Source of the DNA: Octopus bimaculoides
Lineage: Eukaryota
Direction: 5' to 3'
NCBI RefSeq assembly: GCF_001194135.2
Contig: NC_068990.1
Span: 10,553,716-10,617,715, forward strand
DNA: 64,000 bases
Shown here piece after piece: positions 26,136 to 39,584 of the stretch. Under the pieces are notes generated by a model. It was given only the letters and a program-made list of their open reading frames with translations, was not told where the DNA came from and did not search any database. The position numbers were made by a program, and so were the translations under genes. Position 1 is the first letter of the stretch. Every line of letters begins with the position of its first letter.

Positions 26136-27685
26136 GTAAGGTTGTTCTTTGAATATATTTGAATCCAAGGATACAGTGTAATTTGTGTTTTTCCCCTTTT
26201 AAGGCTATATATAGTGAGATTTGCGATCAGAAAATCTATGTGAATCCAAAGTTCCTGTTACTGCAATCAGCTATGCTGTCCAACAGTTTAAAGCGCTACG
26301 ATACAAGAAAGCAAACAAACATATGGATAATTATAAAAAGCGAGAACAAAACAGTGAGTCATATATTGACAGAAATTGACGGATGTCAGATATTGACGGA
26401 TGTAGATATTGACAGATATAGAAACGTAAATACCAAATGGAAATCATGATTCAATGAGCGCAACACTATACATATAATGCGTGTGCGATCATGTAAATGT
26501 TTGTGCGCGCGTGCATCTGTAAATACGATGAGATCTTTGGAGGATGATCATTTAACCAAGGATGATTTTCATTGTTTTAGAAGAAAATTCATTTCAGCTG
26601 GTTAATACATAACGTCTGAAGAAATATGCTGTTTTCCAAAGACTAAATATAACAATTATTAGCATATTATTGCATGACATTGCCGGAAAGTATCATCGAT
26701 ATATTGTAGAACATCCTGAAGGGTAACTAATTTACTATATGTATCAATGAATATCTCTTTAGAGATTGTGTTCAAAATAATTGGTATAGGATTTACATCA
26801 TGTAACTGATGTTAACTGATGTGATAAAAATTCGGACGTCGTAGAATTAGTTTCTAATATTGAGATCTGTTTATAGCATGTGCATTGAACAGTGAGTTAC
26901 TATTTTATGAATGTGACTGGTAGACAATTATTTCAGTTTCTGATCAGTCAGATGCAAATATAAATGTTCATGTTTCATCAAACTTATATCAAGGTAACGG
27001 CATTCGAACAAAATCTCAAATATCAATATTATGCGTGTTCATCGAGATTCTTAAGTATGGAATTCACATGCCAGTGCTCTGTATACATGCGGAGCAGTGC
27101 CAACGCTTACAATAACATGCATGTATTAAGCTCCATTCGACAGACCTCTTTAACATTGCTCGAAAATATTTCTTCCTTTTTTAATCATAATTGCCATAAA
27201 ATCATACTTCCAAACACTGGCATATTTTCAAAGGGATATGCTTCTGTTTATCATTAAAGAGCCTATGAATTATAATTACTGACTCTGTTCCTCATTTATT
27301 AAGCGGTTTTCTAATTAAAATATCAAAAGTTTTCACATAACACATATTGTAACTAGAAATATAAAATTGTGCGTTTCCATTTGTCAGTTTAGCATGATTA
27401 AGGATAATTATGAGAGGACAATAACATAAAGCATTCAAAGAAAAACCATAGCATATAACATATTAATCACTCGAATATAAATCAGTACTGTCAAGGAAAC
27501 ACAGATGTTTCGATAGCTGGAGTAAAACTTAAGAGCTGAATGCCGTATCCATGAGACACGTCGATGTATTTGGGTTTACACGTAGGAGGATAAGTATTTA
27601 CATGTGCATTGACATAAAATATAATATCAACTAGGGATCCATTGGTGTGAATATGAATACATGTTACAAAAAACATACAAATATA

Positions 27686-28160
27686 TACGTGATCTGATCA
27701 ACAAATATCGGGACTGTTACCATGGTAACAAAACTGAAACAGACAGGGTGAAGCTGCTTGGGAGAGATTGACCTTGAACTTGGCTGTGCATGCGTACTAA
27801 GTTTAACATTCTAGCTTACTTCCGCAGTTTACAGTAGTGTTTGGAAAGAACGTGTGTAGCGTGTGATCATCGCATTGACTATGAATCTGCACCAAATGTT
27901 GCCAAGGGCTTGGCGATACATGCGCAGTGGTCTACGCTAAGTTGCAGAAAATATATGGAGAGGAATGTATGAGAGGAAAACATGTCAATAGTCACAAACG
28001 TTCTAGAAGACCCGCAACCAACAGAACTGAGAATAACATCGCAGATGGGTGTGCAGCTGTAAGGGGAAATCGTCGAATCACCATCCGTCAATTATCAGAG
28101 GATATGATGAATCGTTACAGTTCAGTTCAGTCCAGTATCACTGAAACATTCATGTTTCTC
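27686..28160 (+). mobile_element. mariner transposon 5' half (TIR plus HTH region)
   Basis: TIR tacgtgatctgatcaacaaatatcgggactg; VYAKLQKIYGEECM..RSRRPATNRTENNIAD..AAVRGNRRITIRQLSED; same family as 38978-39560. Confidence 0.8.
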
Positions 28161-28320
28161 TGCTTTTCCACTAGCTTCTTCGACTGCTCCTTAGGAACCG
28201 CGACATTTGTACTCTTTAACTTCTGGATCAGTATCGCATAGTCATCTTCTAGTTATCTCTGGATTCTTTCCTCATGGCGTCTCTCAGCTGTTCTTCCTTC
28301 ACAACCTTCATATGAAGTTT
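28160..28320 (-). mobile_element. RTE-like LINE inter-domain fragment
   Basis: Minus strand EDDYAILIQKLKSTNV...KKLVEKQRNM resembles the RTE endonuclease-RT spacer (ID.DYD.L..KL....LLEKRR.M). Confidence 0.35.
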
Positions 28321-29040
28321 TATAGCAATACATTTCTAAATATATGTTTTGAAATGTTACACTGACATGAACATATACATAAATACATACCACTCGCAGT
28401 TGCATTAAAATGGTTTAGTTTGTATTGATGTAATTTCTCAATCATTTGTGTGTTATACATAATTCATTGCAGGAATTTTTTTTGTACTAGTGTAATAGTA
28501 TTATCTATTTGCATACATTTTAAGGAAAGCATGTCAGTAATTTCATAACAACAAATCGAACATCGGGAATATATTCAAATATTGATTTCAATAACGCTTA
28601 ACAAGTTTTGTTATAGCCTTCGGGTATTAGAGTTTTCAATGTGTTAAACGTTTAAAATATGTGAGAAACATATACAATTGAAGGGGTATCATTGAAAATG
28701 CTTTCTGATTTCGTTTCACACGATCAGACATTTTGATTACATATATATTTATGTGTGTGTATGTGTATGTATGTGTGTGTGTGTAAATCTATGCATGCAC
28801 GTATGTGTATATGTAATGTTTTTCAAAAGTTAAAAAAGCTGGACTTTATTTGCACTGTTTATTTGCACTGCACTGGACATCGGATTTTAATTTCCTCATT
28901 AATATGCTTAGACATAAATACTTCTCCTTCTTTACTAATCAGTTCATTAATTTTGTGCCACACACACATTGCTGTAGCGAGAAAAAAAGACAAGAATAAA
29001 TTCGTTATAAGAGTAACAATAAAATAATAAAATCAAAGTG

Positions 29041-29510
<470 letters not shown>

Positions 29511-29652
29511 GGTACTGCACACATCCTACGCAAAACACTTTCAATACAGTAACCATAAGAGCATCACAGCAAACCACAGCACATACCCAAGGCGCACAGA
29601 GCTGCGCTCGGTAGTGAAGTGAAAGCACGTTATAAAAATAAAACTACTGAAC

Positions 29653-29712
<60 letters not shown>
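29511..29712 (+). mobile_element. R4/Dong-like 3' end, very short 5'-truncated copy
   Basis: Near-identical to 4232-4390 (actgcacacatcctacgcaaaacactttcaatacagtaa...gcgcacagagctgcgctcggtagtgaagtgaaagcacg) plus (TAA)n tail. Confidence 0.85.
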
Positions 29713-29713
<1 letters not shown>

Positions 29714-30427
29714 TACTTGAAATTCTAACTTGTTTTTGCTGTTCCTTGGGGAGACTTTGAGTCAAGTTATACAAATACAAAGTTTTCCTGATTCAGGCAC
29801 GCACCAGAAAATTTGAGGAACGATGTATCTCGATAATACCGATCCAAACTATTAACTGTTGCACCCATACGTATTAAAAGCAAAGTTAGTCTCCACTAAA
29901 ATATATGAGAACATATAATTACCTAATAACTATTCTGCAGCGCTGTAACACTTCTGCCATCGTATCACAACTGAATTATCAGCAATGTACCATTCATAAA
30001 GTATACATTGATACTGAAACAGCATCAACATTCAGCAGTTTTGGCTAATCACATATCTGAGTCCCTCTTTTAATCATGAATTTATGCTCCACTTTATTTA
30101 ACGCACTTTCCGTATTGTTATAATATACGCAAAACATTAGCTTTATCCGACTACATTAGTATTTAGTGTCTATTAATTGACCCGAATAGAAATGAGTGTC
30201 AAATTTACATTTGGAGTTTATTAAATCAAAAAGTACAAACACACAGCACCAAAAAGAAGAAAAATAAGCGACAAAAAAAATGTAGGCACAAATTTGCCAA
30301 TTTCTATAATTCTTTCTTGGCACTGAGGCCTGTATAGATACCGTACATGCTTACCCCAGGAAGGAAAATAATACAAAACGTTAATGTACTACGTACAGCT
30401 AACCATATATCTATCTATCTATATATC

Positions 30428-30458
<31 letters not shown>

Positions 30459-30465
30459 TTCTCTA

Positions 30466-30514
<49 letters not shown>

Positions 30515-31498
30515 NNNNNNNNNNNNNNNNNNNNNNNNNNNNNNNNNNNNNNNNNNNNNNNNNNNNNNNNNNNNNNNNNNNNNNNNNNNNNNNNNNNNNN
30601 NNNNNNNNNNNNNNNNNNNNNNNNNNNNNNNNNNNNNNNNNNNNNNNNNNNNNNNNNNNNNNNNNNNNNNNNNNNNNNNNNNNNNNNNNNNNNNNNNNNN
30701 NNNNNNNNNNNNNNNNNNNNNNNNNNNNNNNNNNNNNNNNNNNNNNNNNNNNNNNNNNNNNNNNNNNNNNNNNNNNNNNNNNNNNNNNNNNNNNNNNNNN
30801 NNNNNNNNNNNNNNNNNNNNNNNNNNNNNNNNNNNNNNNNNNNNNNNNNNNNNNNNNNNNNNNNNNNNNNNNNNNNNNNNNNNNNNNNNNNNNNNNNNNN
30901 NNNNNNNNNNNNNNNNNNNNNNNNNNNNNNNNNNNNNNNNNNNNNNNNNNNNNNNNNNNNNNNNNNNNNNNNNNNNNNNNNNNNNNNNNNNNNNNNNNNN
31001 NNNNNNNNNNNNNNNNNNNNNNNNNNNNNNNNNNNNNNNNNNNNNNNNNNNNNNNNNNNNNNNNNNNNNNNNNNNNNNNNNNNNNNNNNNNNNNNNNNNN
31101 NNNNNNNNNNNNNNNNNNNNNNNNNNNNNNNNNNNNNNNNNNNNNNNNNNNNNNNNNNNNNNNNNNNNNNNNNNNNNNNNNNNNNNNNNNNNNNNNNNNN
31201 NNNNNNNNNNNNNNNNNNNNNNNNNNNNNNNNNNNNNNNNNNNNNNNNNNNNNNNNNNNNNNNNNNNNNNNNNNNNNNNNNNNNNNNNNNNNNNNNNNNN
31301 NNNNNNNNNNNNNNNNNNNNNNNNNNNNNNNNNNNNNNNNNNNNNNNNNNNNNNNNNNNNNNNNNNNNNNNNNNNNNNNNNNNNNNNNNNNNNNNNNNNN
31401 NNNNNNNNNNNNNNNNNNNNNNNNNNNNNNNNNNNNNNNNNNNNNNNNNNNNNNNNNNNNNNNNNNNNNNNNNNNNNNNNNNNNNNNNNNNNNNNNNN
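30515..31498. other. Assembly gap (largest of many); may hide exons or elements
   Basis: N run opening at (CT)n. Nearly all other gaps also open at simple repeats. Confidence 0.98.
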
Positions 31499-31669
31499 GA
31501 TAAAGTAAGATAAATATACACGTACTGATAATATTGGTTTCTTCACTTCACTTGAAGGGTGAAAAAAAAATTGGTTCATAAGACATATTTTTTTCTAATA
31601 CGCTGAACCCTTATATAAGATTATACATATAAAGTATATTTTATCCCAGCACGCACACGCGGCCGCGCA

Positions 31670-31850
31670 AATATATGATGCCGAAGTGAGGAACCCAAGG
31701 ATTAGTGCTTATGTTGCTGCACTCAGAAGAGAAGACTAAGGTTTTGATTCCTGCATCCGGTGATACGTTGTGTGCTTCAGCGAATCACTTCGTTTCAGGT
31801 TTAACCACTCCACTCAGCTCTTGAATTTGCGTGGGTAATATATACGTAAC
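31670..31850 (+). mobile_element. Decayed SINE head (family C-like)
   Basis: aggttttgattcctgcatccggtgatacgttgtgtgcttcagcgaatcacttcgtttcagg..ccactccactcagct resembles the 7775-8152 head. Confidence 0.4.
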
Positions 31851-32643
31851 AAATTCCGGTAAACTCGCCCTATGTGCCTACGGCTCGTTAAAGACCTTTG
31901 ATCTTTGTTTGTGAGGTATAAAACTCTTTAATCTCCCATATTTACATTTTTATCATAATTTTCCTTATTATATTGAAATCCATATTATTATACTTTATTT
32001 CATAAATTTTAAAAGAGTTTCAATGGATACTGAATGAAAGATATTTATTATACGGGCAACTGATATTTTATATAGAGTTCGAGAAAGCTGATCCACCATG
32101 TAAATGAAGGAAGCGATATTGAACAATATGCCAAATTGCCCATGTGTAAAATGATTCACTCTGCCAAGTGTGAGAGTAGAGAAATTGATATCGTAGTTTA
32201 AAATAAACTTTGTTTCATAGAGAAACTATATTTGTCATAACTAGTAGGAGCATACTATAATTTAAAGGGCTCACAAACGTTGCCTTGTGTCTGCTTCAGC
32301 AGCGAGTAATATTGGCTGCGTGACCCTGCGCTGTATCCGAAGAATGTCATGCTATAGAAACTCAGATAAAACCTAATATTTTCAATGAGTCTTATTTTAT
32401 AAACGAAACCATTGTTGAAGTACACCAGACAGAATAAAATCATGTCTCAAGAAACTAGATTATACTTGATTATTAAGTTCAGGCGAGTACTCATTCGATT
32501 GGAATGCAACTTCAATATGTGTGATGTCTAGCAATTGGAACACATGGAATCACATGGTCAAACATACAGACGTACACATTTAATTAGCTCTCTTACTCTC
32601 TCCCTCTCCCTGTATATATATATATATATATATATATACATAC

Positions 32644-32684
<41 letters not shown>

Positions 32685-32793
32685 TGTGTGCATGTGTGCA
32701 TGTATGTGGGTGCATGTGTGTGTATCTACGTATACACCTATATCTATATCTATCTATCTATCTAGGTAGCTAGCTATCTAGAAGAACAGAAGG

Positions 32794-32831
<38 letters not shown>

Positions 32832-33002
32832 CCCTCTGTTTTTCTTTATTCTCCTATATCCGAATCTTTTCCTCTCTCCTTCACAGTTCTCTGTCTGTCA
32901 CTGTCTCCCCCTCACCCTTCCTCCCTTGCTCACGTGGCACCCACGTGGCTATCGGCCATTTTTCTTACTTCTAACTTGTTTCATTCGTTCTTCTCGTTGC
33001 AG

Positions 33003-33101
33003 CTGGACAAGGAAGACGTATTAGTTTCTCTCTCCTGTCCAAGCTTGTTTCTTCGCGTTCACAACCACAACCTCGTTTAGGCTCAGCAGCCCTTTCCGAA
33101 G
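33003..33101 (+). CDS. 99-nt symmetric (phase 1-1) exon candidate
   Basis: Long pyrimidine tract, CTAAC at 32971-32975, ttgcAG acceptor; open frame xGQGRRISFSLLSKLVSSRSQPQPRLGSAALSE. Donor GTAGAA is weak. Confidence 0.4.
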
Positions 33102-33302
33102 GTAGAATAATATGCTTTTGATGTCACATGAAATATATGATTCGATATATCAAATCATATATTACATGTATCATCACTATTTTATTCCAGAGATGATCAT
33201 ATTTGTCCGAGGAACGGAAACGTGAAACTTAGGTTAATTCTCCTTTGTGAGGTTTTTGCAGTTCTAATAAATAAAAATGTATATTTATATGCATACATAC
33301 GT

Positions 33303-33354
<52 letters not shown>

Positions 33355-35931
33355 CACACTTGATTTTAATTCATTCATTTTTTATCATTCTATAATACCA
33401 CAGAATGTTACCACATTGTTCAACTATAGGTATAACCATTATATTTGCTGCAAATTGATTCATGTATACACATATATGCTCGTAGGTTACAAGAATATAT
33501 GAGTAGATGGGTATATATCAACATAGAGTTATATATTCACGTATACGTCAGTTACTACATGGGGGAGCATAAATGTGCATATATATTTATGCATGTAAAT
33601 GTTACTGCATGCATGTATATGAATTCGTATATACATGTGCATGCATGTACCATGTTTCTGTAATTGCTTCTAATATCCAAGTGTATTATATTATATAAAT
33701 GTTTGAATATTCATAACTATATTCTTAAACAGTTCCCACAGTAACGATACACTTTATATAACTTTCTGTGATGTAGCTGCATAATGTCACAATGTTGCTC
33801 GACTCTGGATGCAGTGTGTTTTATAACCAAATCTATTGTAAGCTAATGAATGTGATTACATACCTACACTTCGTTTTTCTGCCGTAATATTACGGTCTGT
33901 TATAAGCGCCTGATTCATATAAGTGTTTGGAACGAAAGAATTCTGTGAGTTCAAACATGCTTGTCACGCGAATATTATAATAATTTGACATGTACATGTA
34001 AATAAATTCCTTAGAACTAGTAGGCTACATCACTGTGTTACACCGGTATCATAATACATATGCACACACATATACATACATATAGACATAAATACCAACA
34101 TATATATTCATAGATATTCATACATTCATACATACACACACAAGCACGCATTGATATATATTGATATATATATATATATATATANNNNNNNNNNNNNNNN
34201 NNNNNNNNNNNNNNNNNNNNNNNNNNNNNNNNNNNNNNNNNNNNNNNNNNNNNNNNNNNNNNNNNNNNNNNNNNNNNNNNNNNNNNNNNNNNNNNNNNNN
34301 NNNNNNNNNNNNNNNNNNNNNNNNNNNNNNNNNNNNNNNNNNNNNNNNNNNNNNNNNNNNNNNNNNNNNNNNNNNNNNNNNNNNNNNNNNNNNNNNNNNN
34401 NNNNNNNNNNNNNNNNNNNNNNNNNNNNNNNNNNNNNNNNNNNNNNNNNNNNNNNNNNNNNNNNNNNNNNNNNNNNNNNNNNNNNNNNNNNNNNNNNNNN
34501 NNNNNNNNNNNNNNNNNNNNNNNNNNNNNNNNNNNNNNNNNNNNNNNNNNNNNNNNNNNNNNNNNNNNNNNNNNNNNNNNNNNNNNNNNNNNNNNNNNNN
34601 NNNNNNNNNNNNNNNNNNNNNNNNNNNNNNNNNNNNNNNNNNNNNNNNNNNNNNNNNNNNNNNNNNNNNNNNNNNNNNNNNNNNNNNNNNNNNNNNNNNN
34701 NNNNNNNNNNNNNNNNNNNNNNNNNNNNNNNNNNNNNNNNNNNNNNNNNNNNNNNNNNNNNNNNNNNNNNNNNNNNNNNNNNNNNNNNNNNNNNNNNNNN
34801 NNNNNNNNNNNNNNTATATATATATATATATATATTTATACAAAGTTAAAATATAGGAGGGTTTTCTTTTTTGGGTATTTGAACTACTGACAATTTATAC
34901 ATATATGTGTGTGAGTGTGTGTGTGAGTGTATGTGCGTGCGTTCGCCCGTGTGTGTGCTTGTGTGTTTGTGTGATATGATATCACATATATGTGATATTC
35001 ATATTCTTGTGTAAAAGAAGAAACTTCCGGAAACGAACAAACAAACAAATATCATTTCAAAGTTTATGCAGTACATACACGAATATAAAACAGGAACACT
35101 CCGAAAGAAAAAAAAGCATGCACACACATATATAATTATTTGTATGTTCACCTACGCGTTGCAACACAACAGGTTGTAGATTCAATATATGTGTCATGAC
35201 ATATACATATAAATAAAACAAGATTAAAAATGCTGAAGCAAGCACAATCAGGATATATTTGTGAATGAACGACTGAAGAATCATATATGCTCAGAAAATT
35301 TATTCAAGCAAAACATTCAGATATCAGCTGGCAGCTGATACATGTGCGGCGATATGTGCAAGGATCTGCTCATATAAATGTGATAGGGTACCGGCGTTTT
35401 TGTATATTTTTGTGTTCATCAATTCATGCACATGTGCAGAAGAAAAGAAAACCGAGTGACAATATGTTTTTTTGTTTTTAATATTCACATGAACTCTCTT
35501 GAATCGATTCTTTGTAGATGCTACATGAAGACACGTCTCAATTCATAAATGAACGAATTTTGCAAAGGAACAATTGACAGAGGAATGAATGCTATGTAGT
35601 GAATACCACAGACAATAGGTGCATTTAGAAAATGCTTCATACATTTCTTTTTACAAATATCAAAAGTACCAGAAATATATGTGCGCATGTTGTATATGTG
35701 TTAGGAAAAAAGGATAATTGCACACAGACACACAAACATACACACGCACACACACACAGACACACAGACACAGACACACACACACACACAGAAACACACA
35801 CGCGCGCACAGACATATGCACATATGTACATATGCATATACATATACACACACACTCATATGCATGTGCATATATGTATAAATATATTTATAGTAACGTA
35901 CGTGTATACATTTATATGCATATGCATCTGT

Positions 35932-35964
<33 letters not shown>

Positions 35965-36108
35965 CACAGACATAATAGAGATAGATTGTTAAATAGATAC
36001 GTTTGTACATATATATACGTATATATATATATGTGTGTGTGTGTATACATATATATACATATATACACACACATATATATATATATATAAATATATATAT
36101 ACATATAG

Positions 36109-36147
<39 letters not shown>

Positions 36148-36246
36148 TGTGTATGCATGTATGTCTAATTGTCATGTGCATGCCGAAGAGCGAGATAGAT
36201 TCAAATCTTTGACTTGCGTATTCATTTTCTTAATACATTCCGATAG

Positions 36247-36309
36247 ACTCGAATCTGGATATGCAAATCACTGACGGCTTTCGACGATGGAGAAAAGCTT
36301 GTCCCTTAG
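36247..36309 (+). CDS. 63-nt symmetric (phase 1-1) exon candidate
   Basis: ccgatAG / GTAAAT; xSNLDMQITDGFRRWRKACPL joins in frame after 33003-33101. Alternatively a TTF-zinc-finger-like (GF..W.KA) transposase remnant. Confidence 0.25.
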   Translation, partial: TRIWICKSLTAFDDGEKLVP

Positions 36310-36765
36310 GTAAATCTGGTCTCATGACACATTTGATTTATTATCGCAAGGAGACTTTGGGAAAACCGGTGCTTCGACATAGTAGTAGGTCGTCAGCCTA
36401 AAGCACACTAGACTACAGGAATCTAATGAGAATTTATATTTTATCTTACATCAACAAAGAAAATATTTGAACACGCGTTTTGATGAGTAGCAATCAATAA
36501 CAGTTGAGCAATGTGAACAATATCGTTGCTATTATGTTAAACTGACGTGTGTCCAAATTTGGCCCAGTGTGTTATTTTTCAATATTTTTAATTGTAAAAG
36601 CCGGTTCTTTTGCCGGTTCTTTTGCTCATCGTGTGTGTTTGCATATGTGCGTCTATTTACCTTATATGTGCGTGTAGGCATACATCTACGTTTATATATA
36701 TATATACGTAAATGTACATATGGGGGTAGGGGGTGTCTGTGTTTGCGTGTGTGTGTGTATATATA

Positions 36766-36900
36766 AGTGGAAAAAAGTCAAGGTAGAAAATGCTAAAATA
36801 ATTTTATAAAAAACATTTCAGCACCGGTTTCAGTCATTGAGACTTCATCAACTGTAAGCATGGAAAAGAATTAAATTTTGGAAAAATTAAACGAAAAGTT
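36766..36900 (-). mobile_element. Short PLE-type 3' end ending at (AT)n, second family
   Basis: Shares tagcattt.ctaccttgacttt with 38369-38390 (plus strand); carries a hammerhead-like motif; ends in an AT/AC tract. Confidence 0.45.
36815..36859 (-). ncRNA. Degenerate minimal hammerhead-like motif
   Basis: Minus strand cttacag TTGATGA agtc-tcaat-gact GAAA ccg GTG ctgaaat: 4-bp stem II, palindromic accggt stem III, stem I cag/ctg. C3 is U and the triplet is GUG, so predicted inactive. Confidence 0.4.
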
Positions 36901-36961
36901 TTTCAAGTCACTTTCATGGCACTTCACCATTTAACATCCTACTACTATCATAGCGTGCAGT

Positions 36962-37356
36962 CGAAATGGCACAGTGGTTAGGGCAGCGGACTCGCGGTCA
37001 TAGCATCGCGGTTTCGATTGCCAGACCGGGCGTTGTGAGTGTTTATTGAGCGAAAACACCTAAAGCTCCACGAGGCTCCGGCAGGGGATGGTGGCGAACC
37101 CTGCTGTATTCTTTTCACCACAACTTTCTCTCACTCTTATTTCCTGTTTCTGTTGTACCTGTATTTCAAAGGGCCAGCATTGTCACACTGTGTCACGCTG
37201 AATATCCCCGAGAACTACATTAGGGGTACAAGTGACTGTCGAGTGCTCAGCCACTTGCAGGGTATTTCACGAGCAGGCTGTTCCGTTGATTGGATCAACA
37301 CTAACCCTCGACGTCGTAAGCGACGGAGTGCCAACAACAACAACAACAACAACAAC
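36962..37356 (+). mobile_element. SINE family D, full-length, with (CAA)n tail
   Basis: TGGCACAGTGGttagggcagcggactcgcggtcatagcatcgcGGTTTCGATTGCC (A/B boxes), ~330-nt body, (CAA)n tail. Confidence 0.8.
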
Positions 37357-37437
37357 TCTCATAGCACTCCCGCACTATTATCCTCCTCCTCCTCCTCCTC
37401 CTTCTTCTTCTTCTTCTTACTATCATCATCATCATCA

Positions 37438-37504
<67 letters not shown>

Positions 37505-37505
37505 C
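37333..37505. repeat. Compound trinucleotide array (CAA)-(CCT)-(CTT)-(CAT)-(TAT) between two converging retroelement tails
   Basis: Directly visible. Confidence 0.9.
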
Positions 37506-38121
37506 ATTTCATGTTTGACTTTTGTTTTGCATTTGTAAAAGTTGGATCCAAGTCTCACCCAGAGACCTCAAGAGACAAGGTAAAACTTCATGTAGGTGTT
37601 ATGCCTAGGGTACCATATATTTGGATTTGTACATAGTGTTGTTCTAGAGAATGTTTAAGAAACCATAAGAAAAGTATGTGTTTGTTTTAAAATTTGAGAT
37701 CACATAGACAGTATTTTACGTAGGATATGGGCAGTTCCCATGAGCACTATCTTTTGAACTTCAGCCATTTTGGGGTTTCCTAGTATCTGAGCTAGGTAGT
37801 AATCAACCCGTTTCACTGTCATTCCCAGGGAACCTATGACAATCGGTATTGTTTTAGTCTTCATGTTCCACATTTTGATAATTTCTATTTCAAGGTCTTT
37901 ATATTTGCTCAGTTTTTGGTAGGTCTTGACAGATACGTTTATATCGATTGGGACAGTCATATCAATGAGGAGGTATGATTGTTGTCTGAAGTGTTTCAGT
38001 ATGATGTCTGGCCTATTTGCTTCTATCTTTCTGTCAGTTTGAATGATGATGTTCCAGAGGAGTGCGATGTGATCATTTTCAAGTAGTGGGGATGGTTTGT
38101 GTTCCCACCAGTTTTTTTTAA

Positions 38122-38210
<89 letters not shown>

Positions 38211-38230
38211 TATTATTATTAGTATTATTA
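37440..38230 (-). mobile_element. R4/Dong-like retrotransposon 3' fragment encoding the RLE domain (second subfamily)
   Basis: KNWWEHKP...LWNIIIQTDRKIEANRPDII...LIDMTVPIDINVSVKTYQKLSKYKDLEIEIIKMWNMKTKTIPIVIGSLG...GTAHILRKILSM*: PD..D..K.KY motif of the restriction-like endonuclease; (TAA)n on both sides. Confidence 0.9.
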
Positions 38231-38396
38231 TTCTGTGCTAAGAATTCACAACGACCTTGAGCCCACAGGAGTAAACAGGAGAGGGAGAGACAGACAGAAA
38301 CAAGGAAAATGCCCCTCGTATTTGAATACTATGCAAATATTACTTTTTAAACTTATCATTTAATTTTCTAGCATTTCCTACCTTGACTTTCTTTTT

Positions 38397-38485
<89 letters not shown>

Positions 38486-38977
38486 AATGCGTGTGTGTGT
38501 GTATATATACATATGTGTGTGTATATATATATATACATGTATATATATATATATACATGTATATATATATATATATGCACGCACATATATATCTATATCT
38601 TTAGCAAATACATATATATATATTATTTATTTATTTATATGTATCAATTATGCTCTCTCACACACACACACATGCAGACAGTGAAAGACAAAAACACAAG
38701 TATATATACATTACATTAACAAAGAAACACCCATTTTCGAAAATTTAGCCTAAAGCATCTCAACTCAAAATGGATATCTATTTAGTTGAAGTGTCATCTG
38801 TTTTATATTCTAATGTCACTCTGTCCCAAAACAAGTACTATTATTTGAATTGTAGATTTATTTCCTATTTCATTACACATATATCCATTCTCTTTTATGT
38901 AATATTTTTGTTTTCTTTACGTTCATTTCCTTTCATTCTCTATCTCATCCAAAGAAAATTGATACAGAAATTTATAT

Positions 38978-39560
38978 ATCCGAGGTCTGATCAATAAGTA
39001 TCCGCTATCTGTTTCTGTAGTAACGAAGCTGATGCATGCAAAGTAAAACCGCTTGGCAAAGATTGACCTTGCTCTCTGCTGTGTATGTACGCTAAGTGTC
39101 AATGTTGCAGCTTGATTTAGCTATTCATAGCAGTGCTTTGAATAAAGGTGTGTAGTCTGTGATCGTTGCATTGATCATGACAGAGAAAGTTGTCATGGTG
39201 ATACCCGCTCAGACGTTTACGCAAAGCTGCAGAAAGTGTATAATGAGGGGTGTATGATCCGCACACATGTGTATGAGTGGTTCGGACGTTTCCAAGATGG
39301 CTCAATCAGAAGAACTGTGAAAAACACCGCAGATGTGGGTGCAGCTGTCGGTGGTCGAATCACCATCTATGAGATATCAGAGGTTGTGCAGATTAGATAC
39401 GGTTATGTCGTTTATCACTGAACATTTACGTATGACACGCATGTCTGCCAAGTTTCTGCGAAGATCACTTCCAGCTGATCAAAAAGACACACGCATTTCA
39501 GTTTCGCAAAATCTTGATTGTGTCAAGAACGATGAAAACATTTTGAAAACTTTGTGTAGG
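38978..39560 (+). mobile_element. mariner transposon 5' half
   Basis: TIR atccgaggtctgatcaataagtatccg; YAKLQKVYNEGCMIRTHVYEWFGRFQDG and MTRMSAKFLRRSLPADQKDTRISVSQ...ENILKTL (WVPRLL-equivalent linker). Confidence 0.85.
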
Positions 39561-39584
39561 CCTCTGAGGAGTTATTGGCAAGCT

